64,000 bases of DNA from Spirochaetia bacterium (lineage in GTDB: Bacteria; Spirochaetota; Spirochaetia; SZUA-6; Bin103), in contig CBDATQ010000003.1 in assembly GCA_965199955.1 (NCBI GenBank), forward strand, positions 1-64,000. The letters run 5' to 3'. Position numbers and translations under genes: made by a program. The stretch's first letter is position 1. Every line of letters begins with the position of its first letter. Shown piece after piece: positions 54,199 through 64,000 of the stretch. The notes beneath the pieces were generated by a model. The model had not been told where the DNA came from and did not search any database. It worked only from the letters and a program-made list of their open reading frames with translations.

Positions 54199-55999
54199 AG
54201 CCACCCGGATCAGCGCGCCGCCGGACTGGGCGGTACGCCAGCGCCGGCTGATCGAGGTGATGGAGCAGGCCGCGCCGGTGTACCAGCAGCGCTATACGCG
54301 GGCCGACGGCAGCTTCGTCTGGAGATCGCGCTGGCCGGGGATGGACGGCTCCGACGACGGCTACGAGAGCTATCACAACTGGCCGCTGCTGTACGTCCTG
54401 GGCGGCGCCGCGGAACTGCACGAGCGCAGCCGCTTCCTGTGGGAGGCGGTGACCCGCCAGTTCACGGGCTACGGCCAGATCCATCGCGAGTTCGACGCCT
54501 ACTACGACTGGATGCACCACGGCGAGTCGTCCCTGTACCTGTACTACTTCGGGCTCGCCGACCCGCTGCGGCAGCCGGACCGCGCGCGGGCGCTGCGCTT
54601 CGCCGGCATGTACCTGGGAACCGACCCGGAGGCCGAAAACTGGGACGCCGGGCGGCGCATGATCCGCTCGCCCATCACCGGCAGCCGGGGACCGCGCTTC
54701 GAGAACACGTTCGAGGACTGGGAGGCGGTGCGCTGGGTGCTGGCCGACTACCCGGTGCCGTTCGACGACCTGGACGTACCCACCCGCGACGCCGAATGGG
54801 AGCCGGGCGAAGTGGTGGCCAAAGCCGACTGGAACGACGACGCCGTGTTCGCCGTGATCCTGGATGCGCTGAACCGACGCCAGATGCGCTGCGACGTGCC
54901 GCTCAACCTGACCTGCACCAGCCTGATCACGCACGCGTTCCTGCTCACCGGAGAGGAACGCTACCGGCGCTGGGTGCTGGACTACCTGGAGGCCTGGGCG
55001 GACCGCATCGCCGCCAACGGCGGGCTGTGCCCGGACAACGTCGGCCCCGGCGGCACGGTCGGCGAGACCATGGACGGCAAGTGGTGGGGAGGCTACTACG
55101 GATGGGCGTGGCCGCATGGCAGCCGCACCATCATCGAGCCGCTGCTGATCGCGGCGATGAACGCGCTGCTCTTGACCGGCGACGCCGGCTACCTGGAGAT
55201 CCCCCGCGGCCAACTCGCCCGCCTGATCGAGATGGGACGCAGCGAGGGCGGCCGGCTTCTGGTACCGCACCGGCACACCGACACCGGCTGGACCTCCTGG
55301 CGGACGCTGGAACCGCACACCGTAGGCCAGCTCTGGTACCTGTCACAGGCGCAGGCCGACCGCGACGTGATCGACTCGCTGCCGGAGAGCCGGAGCGAAT
55401 GGACGGCGCTGGCCGAGGGCCGCGGCAAGGGGGACGACGTCCACTTCGGCCCCTGGTTCTGCTACCTGGACGGTCGCCTGCCCGACTACCCGCGGCGCCT
55501 GCTGGACGTGCAGCACCGGGAGGTGGTGCGGCGCATGGACCTGCTGCGCGACGACGACGGCGACCCCGAGGAGTGGGACGTCCACCACTGGCAGGACATC
55601 AACCCCGTGCACACCGAGGCGCTGCTGCAGCAGACCTGCGGCGGCCCCCAGGTGATCTACCACGGCGGCCTGCTGCACGTGCGGGTGCGCCACTTCGATG
55701 CCGACACCGGGCGTCCGGGGCTTCCTCCGGAGGTGGCCGTCCTGGTGTCGGCTCTGGACGGCGACGGCATCACGCTGGAACTGGTCAACCTCGGCGCCGT
55801 GCATGCGCGCACGGCGCTGCTGCAGGCGGGCGCATTCGGCGAGCACCGCTTCACGACCGCGCGCGATCTCGAGTCGGGGAGCACGGCCGACATCAACGAC
55901 CGCCACTTGGAAGTGGTGCTGCCGCCGGGACGGGCGTTGCGCCTGCGGCTGGGCATGCAGCGCTTCTGCCACGCCCCCAGCTACCGGCAGCCGGTATAG
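54185..55999 (+). CDS. Hypothetical Trp/Asp-rich protein, possible glycan-active (alpha/alpha)-toroid; start uncertain
   Basis: Long ORF with host-like codon bias; GSDDGYES, EF..YYDWMHHGE, PDNVG..G and WWGGYYGW.WPHG. Confidence 0.7.
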   Translation: MRSIEATRISAPPDWAVRQRRLIEVMEQAAPVYQQRYTRADGSFVWRSRWPGMDGSDDGYESYHNWPLLYVLGGAAELHERSRFLWEAVTRQFTGYGQIHREFDAYYDWMHHGESSLYLYYFGLADPLRQPDRARALRFAGMYLGTDPEAENWDAGRRMIRSPITGSRGPRFENTFEDWEAVRWVLADYPVPFDDLDVPTRDAEWEPGEVVAKADWNDDAVFAVILDALNRRQMRCDVPLNLTCTSLITHAFLLTGEERYRRWVLDYLEAWADRIAANGGLCPDNVGPGGTVGETMDGKWWGGYYGWAWPHGSRTIIEPLLIAAMNALLLTGDAGYLEIPRGQLARLIEMGRSEGGRLLVPHRHTDTGWTSWRTLEPHTVGQLWYLSQAQADRDVIDSLPESRSEWTALAEGRGKGDDVHFGPWFCYLDGRLPDYPRRLLDVQHREVVRRMDLLRDDDGDPEEWDVHHWQDINPVHTEALLQQTCGGPQVIYHGGLLHVRVRHFDADTGRPGLPPEVAVLVSALDGDGITLELVNLGAVHARTALLQAGAFGEHRFTTARDLESGSTADINDRHLEVVLPPGRALRLRLGMQRFCHAPSYRQPV

Positions 56000-56003
56000 G
56001 GCC

Positions 56004-56030
56004 GGGGACGCCCGTGTGGCGGGCGCCCCC
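56004..56030. terminator. Hairpin between convergent genes
   Basis: GGGG-A-CGCCCG-TGTGG-CGGGCG-C-CCCC; no U-tract. Confidence 0.4.
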
Positions 56031-56059
56031 AGGCTACGTCGTTCAGGCGCCGGCTACCC

Positions 56060-58006
56060 CTACCCGTTCAGGAACCACTGCGCCGGCTGCGACACCTTGA
56101 ACCAGCTCAGGTCGTCGGAGAAGATCGCGGTCTCCAGCACGTTCTCCAGCCGGTTGCTGACGATCACCGGCGCCACCGGCCACGCGACCGTGCCGATGAC
56201 CGGCAGGGTGTCCGAGAAGAACTGCCAGACCTCGGCGCGATAGCGCCGGTAGTCCTCGTCGCTCACCGCCTCCAGCGAGTTGATGTACGACTCGTAGTAG
56301 CCCTTGACGTCGTCCGGGGGCTCCTCGCCGGCCGGGGGCTCGGGACCGATCCTGCCGCCCTGGTCCCAGGTGTTCCACTGGAACCACTCGCCCCACTTCT
56401 GCCCCCACACACTGGAGGTGATGTCGAACGGCGTGGAGTTGGGGATGTAGGAGCGCAGCTCCAGCATGCGGTCGATGCGCGACACGCGCACGTCGAAGTC
56501 GTTGGCCTGTATCCGCTGGCTGATCAATTCGCCAGACACCGTCTTCAGGTCGACCCGGACGCCCACCGCTTCCCAGTAGTCGCGGATCAGCTCCGCGGAG
56601 TCGCTGTTGGTCTCGTCCACGTCCATGTTGATCTGCAGAACCTCGCCGTCGGCCATCGTCCGGTAGCCGTCGTCGTTCGTGCCAAGGCCCATCTCGTCGA
56701 GCAGCGCGCGGGCGCCGTCAGGGTCGTGCTCGGCGAAGTTCGTCGCCCACGCCGGATCGTAGAACGACGCGCCATAGTGGATCGTCGCCTGCTGCGGCAC
56801 CCCCATGCCCAGGAACAGGAACTCGTTCATCTCCTCGCGGTTCAGCGCCAGCGACATGGCCCGGCGGAACCTGACGTCGCCGAACACGGCCCGCTTGGCC
56901 GGGTCGTCGTGGTTCTGGTTGAAGGTCAGTCCCGGGTCCGCAGCGTAGATCCGCTGCCAGTTGCGCAGCTCGTAGTCGCCCTGCGCTTCGCCTCTCTTGT
57001 AGAGCTGCATCTCCGACTGCTTGAGCAGCCGGCCGGCGACGTCGGACTTGCCCTGCAGGGCGTCGAGAATCGTCACCTGCTGATCGCTGACGATATTGAC
57101 CACCACGCGATCGATGTACGGGAGCTGATTTCCGGCCGTGTCCACCACGTGGTAGTAGGGATTCCTGGCGAACGTCTTCTTCAGTTGCACGTCGGTCTCC
57201 ATGACCCACGTGCCGAGGGTCGGGACCTTCTTCAGCGCGTCCACGTTGGGAAACACGTTCAGCTCCTTCGAGTGGGCGTCGACCCAGTTCTCGTGACCGA
57301 GCTCCTTGGCCAGCTCGTCGGCCTTGGGGTTGTGGTCGATGTGGAACTGCTTGGCGAAGTGGCTGGGCATCATGAAGAAGCTCGGCAACGTGTACCAGTG
57401 GTTGATCATCGACAGCACCGGGCGATAGGGGATGGCCATCTTGATGCGGAACGCGTAGTCGTCGAGCTTCTCGAAGGTCGCCAGCTCGCCGCCGATGGTC
57501 CACACGAAGCGTACCCAGTGGTTGATCTCGTCGTTGAGCATGACGTCGTTGTAGAAGTACATGACGTCGTCCGCGGTGAGCGGCGCGCCGTCCGACCACT
57601 TCATGCCTTCGCGCAGGTAGATGGTCAGCTCGGTGCCGTCCTCCGAGAGCTCGTAGCCCTTGGCGATGTCGGGAATGACGGCCGAACAGCTTGGGTCGGT
57701 GGTGAACAGGTAGGAGAGCCGGACGTGGCCCAGATCCGACCAGCCCCCGGTGTTGGAGGCGCTGATGGTGCCCCCGTAGGTGCCGATCTCGTTGAGCGGC
57801 TCCAGCACCAGCGGATCGTCGGGCAGCCGCTCGGCCACCGGCGGCAGATCGCCCGATGCCACCAGCGCGGCCAGCATCGGCGCCTCGTTGAAGCTGGTGA
57901 TGCCGAGTTGCGACGCGGTGCGCGCCTCCAGCCAGGTCGTCGGGATGGCGGCCGCGTACGCGACGGAGACGAGGCACAGACCGAGTGCCAACGGAATTCT
58001 CTTCAT
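56060..58006 (-). CDS. Family 5 ABC substrate-binding protein
   Basis: LPPVAERLP, LREGMKWSDG.P.TADD, GNQLPYID and FRRAMSLA.NR. Confidence 0.92.
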   Translation of the reverse strand: MKRIPLALGLCLVSVAYAAAIPTTWLEARTASQLGITSFNEAPMLAALVASGDLPPVAERLPDDPLVLEPLNEIGTYGGTISASNTGGWSDLGHVRLSYLFTTDPSCSAVIPDIAKGYELSEDGTELTIYLREGMKWSDGAPLTADDVMYFYNDVMLNDEINHWVRFVWTIGGELATFEKLDDYAFRIKMAIPYRPVLSMINHWYTLPSFFMMPSHFAKQFHIDHNPKADELAKELGHENWVDAHSKELNVFPNVDALKKVPTLGTWVMETDVQLKKTFARNPYYHVVDTAGNQLPYIDRVVVNIVSDQQVTILDALQGKSDVAGRLLKQSEMQLYKRGEAQGDYELRNWQRIYAADPGLTFNQNHDDPAKRAVFGDVRFRRAMSLALNREEMNEFLFLGMGVPQQATIHYGASFYDPAWATNFAEHDPDGARALLDEMGLGTNDDGYRTMADGEVLQINMDVDETNSDSAELIRDYWEAVGVRVDLKTVSGELISQRIQANDFDVRVSRIDRMLELRSYIPNSTPFDITSSVWGQKWGEWFQWNTWDQGGRIGPEPPAGEEPPDDVKGYYESYINSLEAVSDEDYRRYRAEVWQFFSDTLPVIGTVAWPVAPVIVSNRLENVLETAIFSDDLSWFKVSQPAQWFLNG

Positions 58007-58199
58007 GAGTTCCTCCTGAACAGCGACAGGTATGCTTGGGTGTCGTTGGGGTCTTCCGGCGAGTAGCCGGCGCCCGGACGGTCGTCAACGCGTCGCCGAC
58101 GGCGCGACCGGCAGGGTCGCGGCGGCGATGAGCGGATGACACGCCGCGGCGCCGTCGCTATGATCTTCGCAATCAGCGCGGCGGCCGAGCGCTCGTGTA

Positions 58200-59181
58200 A
58201 TGCTGCAATATACCGTCCGGCGAATCCTTCTGATGATCCTCACCTTGTGGATCATATCGATCATCAGCTTCGTCGTGATTCAGCTTCCTCCCGGCGACTA
58301 TCTGACCACGCTCGCCATCAACCTTGAGGAGAGCGGCTCCGGTCGAAGAGGCGATGCTGGAGCGCTACCGCACCAGATTCGGGCTCGACAAGACGATGTT
58401 CGAGCAGTACATCATCTGGATAACGAACTTCGTGCAGGGCGACATGGGGTACTCCTTCGAGTGGAGAGCCAACGTCAATACCCTCATATGGGAGCGGCTG
58501 CTGCTCACCATAGCGCTGAGCACGTCCTCGCTGATCCTGACCTGGATGATCTCGCTTCCGATCGGCGTCTACTCCGCGCTGAGGCAGCATTCGCTCGGCG
58601 ACTACGCGTTTACCATCCTCGGCCTGATGGGCATTTCCGTGCCGAGCTTCATGCTGGCGCTGGTGTTGATGTACGTCGCGTTCAACACGTTCGGCCTGGA
58701 TGTCGGCAGACTGTTCTCTCCGGAATACGAAGACGCCTCCTGGAGCTTCGGCAAGGTGCTGGACCTGCTCAAGCATATCTGGCTGCCGGGCTTCATCATC
58801 GCCATCTCCGGCACCGCCGGCCTGATCCGCACCCTGCGCGCCAACCTGCTGGACGAGCTCAAGAAGCCGTACATGATCACCGCGCGTTCCAAGGGAGTCG
58901 CCTATCGCAAGGTGGTCATGAAGTATCCCATGCGGATTGCCATGAACCCGTTCATCAGCTCGTTCGCCTATATCCTGCCCGGCCTGATCTCCTTCTCGGC
59001 GATCATCTCCGTGGTGATGAACATGCCCACCACCGGCCCGCTGCTGCTCGGTGCGCTGCAGACCCAGGACATGTATCTTGCCGGCAGCTTCATCATGCTG
59101 CTCAGCGCGCTGACCGTGATCGGCACCTTCTTCTCCGACCTGCTGCTGGCGGCGGTCGATCCAAGGGTACGGTTCTTCTAA
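58200..59181 (+). pseudogene. DppB/OppB-type permease, frameshifted at ~58341
   Basis: MLQYTVRR..QLPPGDYL in one frame; FGLDK..GD.G.SF..TARSKG..DPRVR in the next. Confidence 0.85.
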
Positions 59182-59182
59182 G

Positions 59183-60328
59183 GTGCTGTCAGCGTTCAAG
59201 GCGGGTCGCGGCAAGCAGGCCGAGGAGACCCGGGAGCTCGACGACCTGTACACGTCGTCGCAGTGGAAGTTGATCGTCATCCGCTTCCGCAAGCACAAGC
59301 CGGCGGTAGTATCCCTGTTCGTCCTGGCGGTGTGCTACCTGCTCGCGCTGCTGGCTCCGTTCTTCGCCGTGCACGATCCCAACGAAAAGAACGCCGACTA
59401 TCGGGAGGCGCCGCCGCAGGGGATCAGCTTCGTCAACCACTCCGGAAAATTCTCACTATTTCCGGTAATCTATCCCTATCGCAAGGCGATGAACCCGGAA
59501 ACATTCGAGGTGGAGTTCAGCGAAATCGTCGAAGAAGAGACCAGGCTGGTGCCCTTCGCGAAGGGATTCGAGTACCGGCTCTTCGGGCTCACGCTGGACC
59601 GTCATTTCTTCGGACCCGAACGCCCCGGCGTGCCGTTTCACCTCCTAGGATGCGACCGCCTGGGCCGCGACCTGTACAGCCGCATCCTGTACGGCAGCAG
59701 AATCTCGCTCTCCATCGGACTGTTCGGCGTTGCCATCAGCTTCTTTCTGGGGATCCTGATCGGCGGCATCGCCGGGTATCTGGGAGGCTTCGTCGACAAC
59801 ATCGTGCAGCGCGCCATCGAGATTCTGCTGTCGATTCCGCAACTGCCGCTGTGGATGGCGTTGAGCGCGGCGCTGCCGCGGGACTGGTCGCAGCTGCAGA
59901 ACTACCTGCTGATCACGATCATCCTGTCGATCATCGGCTGGACGGGACTGGCGCGCATCGTGCGCGGCAGGTTCCTGAGCCTGCGCACGGAGGACTTCGT
60001 CACCGCCGCCGAGCTCATGGGCCGCAACAACCTGCAGATCATCTTCATCCACATGCTGCCCTCGTTCTACAGCTACATCATCGCGTCGCTCACGCTGTCG
60101 ATCCCGGGGATGATCCTGGGCGAGACCGCACTCAGCTTCCTGGGCCTGGGTCTGCAGGCGCCGACCATCAGTTGGGGCGTGCTGCTGCGGGACGCGCAGA
60201 ACGTGTACGCCATCGCCATCACGCCGTGGATCCTGTTGCCGTGCGTGTGCGTGATCATCGTCGTGCTGGCGTTCAACCTGCTCGGCGACGGCATTCGGGA
60301 CGCCGCCGATCCCTACGGAAGCCGGTGA
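59183..60328 (+). CDS. DppC/OppC-type permease
   Basis: LG.D.LGRD.YSRI.YG.RISL and ET.LSFLGLG. Confidence 0.92.
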   Translation: MLSAFKAGRGKQAEETRELDDLYTSSQWKLIVIRFRKHKPAVVSLFVLAVCYLLALLAPFFAVHDPNEKNADYREAPPQGISFVNHSGKFSLFPVIYPYRKAMNPETFEVEFSEIVEEETRLVPFAKGFEYRLFGLTLDRHFFGPERPGVPFHLLGCDRLGRDLYSRILYGSRISLSIGLFGVAISFFLGILIGGIAGYLGGFVDNIVQRAIEILLSIPQLPLWMALSAALPRDWSQLQNYLLITIILSIIGWTGLARIVRGRFLSLRTEDFVTAAELMGRNNLQIIFIHMLPSFYSYIIASLTLSIPGMILGETALSFLGLGLQAPTISWGVLLRDAQNVYAIAITPWILLPCVCVIIVVLAFNLLGDGIRDAADPYGSR

Positions 60329-61332
60329 TGCAGCCGGGCAACATCCTGGAGGTGGACGACCTCACGGTCGAGTTCCACGGCGACGAAGGGATCGCCAAGG
60401 CGGTCAACGGCGTCTCCTTCGCGGTTCGCGAGGGACAGTCGGTCGGCCTGGTCGGCGAGAGCGGTTGCGGCAAGTCCGTGTCGGCGTACTCGATCCTGCG
60501 CCTGCTGGCCGACACCGCGCGCATCACCAGCGGCGCGATCCGCTACCGGCAACGCGACGGCGCCGTGACCGACCTCACCACGCTGGATCCGGACGGCGAT
60601 CACATCCGCCGCCTGCGCGGCGCCGACATCTCGATGATCTTCCAGGAGCCGATGACCGCCTTCAGCCCCGTGCACACCATCAACAACCAGATTTCCGAGC
60701 TGCTGATGCTGCACACCGGCATCGACAAGGAGGAGGCCAGGGCCAGGACCATCGAGTTGCTGCGCCGCACCGGCATCCCCGACCCCGGGCAACGGGTGGA
60801 CGACTACACCTTTCAGTTGAGCGGGGGGATGCGGCAGCGCGCCATGATCGCCCTGGGGATCGCCTGCGGGCCGCGCATCCTGATCGCGGACGAGCCGACC
60901 ACGGCGCTCGACGTGACCATCCAGGCGCAGGTGCTGAAGATGATCCAGGAGATGCAGCGGGAGCTGGGACTGTCGCTGATCCTGATCACCCACGACCTGG
61001 CCGTCATCTCCAAGATGGTCGAGCACGTCTACGTCATGTACCTGGGCAGGGTGGTGGAAGACGCGCCGGTGCGGGAACTGTTCCGCAACCCCCGCCACCC
61101 CTATACCCGCAACCTGATGAAGTCGGTGCCGCGCATGAGCCAGCAGGGAGAGCGGCTGCACACCATCGAGGGAGCGGTGCCCACGACCTACCTGCTGCCC
61201 ACGGGATGTCCCTTCCACCCGCGCTGCGAGGAGGCGATCGCCGGCACCTGCGAGGTGTCCCATCCGCCGGTGGTGAAGATCGGCGAGGGCCACGTGGCCA
61301 CCTGCCACAACATCCCGGTACCGGCGCCGTGA
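60328..61332 (+). CDS. DppD/OppD-type ABC ATPase
   Basis: GESGCGKS, LSGGMRQR, HPYT and GCPFHPRC. Confidence 0.93.
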   Translation: MQPGNILEVDDLTVEFHGDEGIAKAVNGVSFAVREGQSVGLVGESGCGKSVSAYSILRLLADTARITSGAIRYRQRDGAVTDLTTLDPDGDHIRRLRGADISMIFQEPMTAFSPVHTINNQISELLMLHTGIDKEEARARTIELLRRTGIPDPGQRVDDYTFQLSGGMRQRAMIALGIACGPRILIADEPTTALDVTIQAQVLKMIQEMQRELGLSLILITHDLAVISKMVEHVYVMYLGRVVEDAPVRELFRNPRHPYTRNLMKSVPRMSQQGERLHTIEGAVPTTYLLPTGCPFHPRCEEAIAGTCEVSHPPVVKIGEGHVATCHNIPVPAP

Positions 61333-62348
61333 GTGAAACCCTGCTGCAGGTCCGCAACCTCAGGAAGTACTTCCCGGTGGAACGCGGCTTTCTGAGGCGG
61401 GGCGACGACTTCATCCGCGCGGTGGACGACATCTCGTTCGACGTCGTACGCGGCACCGTCCTGGGACTTATCGGCGAGAGCGGATGCGGCAAGACCACGA
61501 CCGTGAAGACGATCATGCGGGCCACACCACCCACTTCAGGAAGCATCGAGTACACCACGCAGGACAACCGATCGGTGGATCTGGCGCAGTTGACGAAGAA
61601 GGAGCTGAAACCGCTGCGGAAGGAGATCCAGATGATCTTCCAGGATCCGTTCAGCTCGCTGAATCCGCGCATGACCGCGCTCGACATCGTCGCCGAGCCG
61701 CTCAAGGTGCTGAAGTGGCGGAAGCCGGACTACCGGCGCCGGGTCGAGGAGCTGATGGATCTGGTGGGGCTCGATCCGCGCTTCCTGTCGCGTTATCCGC
61801 ACGCGTTCTCGGGCGGCCAGCGGCAGCGGCTGGGGATCGCGCGGGCGCTCGCCTCCTCGCCCTCGCTGCTGTTCGCGGACGAGCCGGTGTCGGCGCTCGA
61901 CGTCTCCGTGCAGGCGCAGATCCTCAACCTGCTGCTCGACATCCAGGCCCGCATGGGGTTGACGGTGGTCATCATCGCCCACGATCTGGGCGTGGTGCGC
62001 TACATCTGCAGGGAAGTGGCGATCATGTACCTGGGCAAGATCGTCGAGCAGGGCGACACCAGGGAGATCTACACCCACCCCAGGCATCCCTATACCGCCG
62101 GCCTGCTGGCGGCCAGCCCGGACACCGATCCTGACACCCCCTGGGCCGAGGACCTGCTCACCGGCGACGTGCCGAGCCCGATCGGCGAACGCCCGGGATG
62201 CGTGTTCGCCTCCCGCTGCGCGCACGCCGAGGAGCGCTGCAGCCGCGAGGTTCCCGAGCTGGCGCCGGTTGCGGGCGGCGACCGCGCGGGGGCCGGCCGC
62301 GCGGTCGCCTGCTGGCGCGCCGACGAGCTGCGACTGCGCGGCATCTGA
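61329..62348 (+). CDS. DppF/OppF-type ABC ATPase
   Basis: GESGCGKTT, FSGGQRQR and DEPVSALDVS. Confidence 0.93.
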   Translation: MSETLLQVRNLRKYFPVERGFLRRGDDFIRAVDDISFDVVRGTVLGLIGESGCGKTTTVKTIMRATPPTSGSIEYTTQDNRSVDLAQLTKKELKPLRKEIQMIFQDPFSSLNPRMTALDIVAEPLKVLKWRKPDYRRRVEELMDLVGLDPRFLSRYPHAFSGGQRQRLGIARALASSPSLLFADEPVSALDVSVQAQILNLLLDIQARMGLTVVIIAHDLGVVRYICREVAIMYLGKIVEQGDTREIYTHPRHPYTAGLLAASPDTDPDTPWAEDLLTGDVPSPIGERPGCVFASRCAHAEERCSREVPELAPVAGGDRAGAGRAVACWRADELRLRGI

Positions 62349-62409
62349 GCGCGGATCGAGGTGGACGGCACCGGGCCAGCCCGTGTCCGTCAAGGGAGGG
62401 GATGGGCCG

Positions 62410-64000
62410 CTAGAAGTCGAGTGCCGGAAGGTAGCCGCTGGGCCCCAGCGCGTTGGGACGCCAACGCGGCGCCACCGCCGGCACGTTCCCGCCGGCTCCC
62501 CAGATCTGCCAGCTCGACTCGTTCACCAGCAGCAGGCAGCCGCACCCGTAACGCGGCAGATCCAGAACCGTGAGATGGCGCACGCGGCCGCTGCGCTCCG
62601 GGAACGGCCGCACCACGCGGCCGGTGAGAGGATCGAGGATGCCGCCGCGGTTCACCGCCAGATCGCTGCCGGTGGTTCCCCACGGCAGCGGGCGGCAGCC
62701 CGCCTCGGCCGACATCTCCACCCAGCGGCTGATCAGCTCGAGCCGGTGGTCGAGCAGCACGGCGATGCCCGGCTCCCGCCACTGGGTGATGGCCAGGATC
62801 TGCGGTTCCGGCCGCCCGGGCACGAAGCGGCCCAGCGCGTACTGCTGCACGTGCCCCCACTTGAGCTGCGTGCGGATGACACCGGTACGCGGCTCGATCT
62901 CCATCAGCCCCTCCTCGCCGGCGGCGACGTAGAAGCGCGGCTCCGCGTTCAGGGAGAACAGCCCGATGGCGTCCGAATGATCGGGCAGGTCGAGCGACCA
63001 CACGGTGTCTCCGGCAGGAGAGAGCAGCGTCCGGCTGGCGAACAGGTAGTCCGGCTCCCCGGCCCGAAGCTGCACGGGCAGCGGAAAGTGGCCGGTGTTC
63101 AGCGCCCGGTGCCACAGCAGCTCCAGGCGGCGGTCGTACAGCCAGATGTTCCAGTAGCGGTCCTTGACGTAGAAGCCCGGAGGCTGTCCCACCTCGGTGA
63201 GGACGGGACAGATGGCATCCCCGAGCATGCGCTCGTGCGGGTAGTCGGCGTCCTCCCGGTAGGGATTGGAGGGAGGAGACGCCACCGTTGCACGGTGCTC
63301 GCCGGTGACCGCGTCGTGCACGTGGATGCCGAAGTCGGCGGTGAACACCACCTCGCGGCGGCCGTCGCCCTCGATGTCGAGGGCGCACAGCGGCAGGTCG
63401 CCTCCCTGGCTCAGCGGGTGCTCGAACGGTCCAAGCCGCCACCGGTGGCCGTGGATCAGGTGCTGGCAGTGAACCTCGGTGCCGTGATGCTCATCGGCCA
63501 GCAGCTCCGGCAGCCCGTCGCCGTCGGTGTCCTGGAACACCACGCGGCTGCGGCACAGCGCCTCGTCCAGGGCGCCCTCGGCCAGCAGCTCCATGTCCGG
63601 AGCGTCCGGCAGCGGCAGCTCGGTCTGCCGGATCCGTTGGCCGGCGACCTGCACCAGTCCGTAGGTCGATTCGCCGCTGCACACCAGGGCGGCTCGACCG
63701 TGGGCGTAGCGGCCGTCGACGACACGGATGGTCGGTCCGTCCACCAGGCCCGCCTGCAGCTCGTTGCCGGTGACCCGGATCAGCATGCGGTACTCCGGAA
63801 GCGGAGCGGGCAGCGGCACCTGGGCCAGCACCTGGTGCCGGTCGCCCGAGCGCAGCACCAGCCGCAATCCGGCGCCGTCCTCCACGGTCAGCGCGTAGTG
63901 GTGGCGGGCGTCCTGGTAGCGGAACGCAACGCCGGTAGGTCCGTCCCTACCACCGCTGCAGCTCGCTCGCAGCTCGTAGTCCGTCCAGCCCCAGTCGCCG
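62410..64000 (-). CDS. Hypothetical protein with a beta-sandwich-like region and a DxDxDG propeller; 5' end outside the window
   Basis: Frame open to the window edge (GDWGWTDYELR..GVAFRYQD); DTDGDG, DIEGDGRRE, KDRY.NIW and NTGHFP. Confidence 0.7.
   Translation of the reverse strand, partial: GDWGWTDYELRASCSGGRDGPTGVAFRYQDARHHYALTVEDGAGLRLVLRSGDRHQVLAQVPLPAPLPEYRMLIRVTGNELQAGLVDGPTIRVVDGRYAHGRAALVCSGESTYGLVQVAGQRIRQTELPLPDAPDMELLAEGALDEALCRSRVVFQDTDGDGLPELLADEHHGTEVHCQHLIHGHRWRLGPFEHPLSQGGDLPLCALDIEGDGRREVVFTADFGIHVHDAVTGEHRATVASPPSNPYREDADYPHERMLGDAICPVLTEVGQPPGFYVKDRYWNIWLYDRRLELLWHRALNTGHFPLPVQLRAGEPDYLFASRTLLSPAGDTVWSLDLPDHSDAIGLFSLNAEPRFYVAAGEEGLMEIEPRTGVIRTQLKWGHVQQYALGRFVPGRPEPQILAITQWREPGIAVLLDHRLELISRWVEMSAEAGCRPLPWGTTGSDLAVNRGGILDPLTGRVVRPFPERSGRVRHLTVLDLPRYGCGCLLLVNESSWQIWGAGGNVPAVAPRWRPNALGPSGYLPALDF

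Noticed and set aside
58090..58130. GC-rich hairpin between the divergent SBP and permease genes as an ncRNA
   Set aside because: Short, imperfect and plausible by chance at this GC content

Overview
High-GC bacterial chromosomal window. The gene order ymdB-like/lptC/lptA/lptB/rpoN/hprK/ptsH/lexA/holA, convergent with uvrC, suggests Spirochaetota (inference). 1-5.2 kb is a cluster of decayed mobile elements: an IS66 remnant, an intact IS630 abutting a truncated relative, an IS256 remnant, and an IS1-family-like element carrying a lipoprotein passenger and a strongly structured non-coding segment. Next come a TPP riboswitch with thiBPQ, a classical menaquinone cluster lacking menC, a decayed defence patch, an enolase/aldolase pair and a MacAB-type exporter with a Gln/Gly-rich insert. 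The middle holds housekeeping genes, tRNA-Ala(CGC), a nagZ-like gene, dcd, gltA, GT4-phoB/phoR-like genes, htpG, trpS, a solitary GmrSD-type nuclease and a hemB-led run. From 52.9 kb to the end is a putative glycan uptake/catabolism locus with two frameshifted genes. Best leads: the structured element at 4719-4909, apparent near-cognate starts (ATC, ATA) behind identical GGAGGT-N5 sites, and the uncharacterised glycan locus. All family calls come from motif recognition by eye; no searches or folding computations were run.
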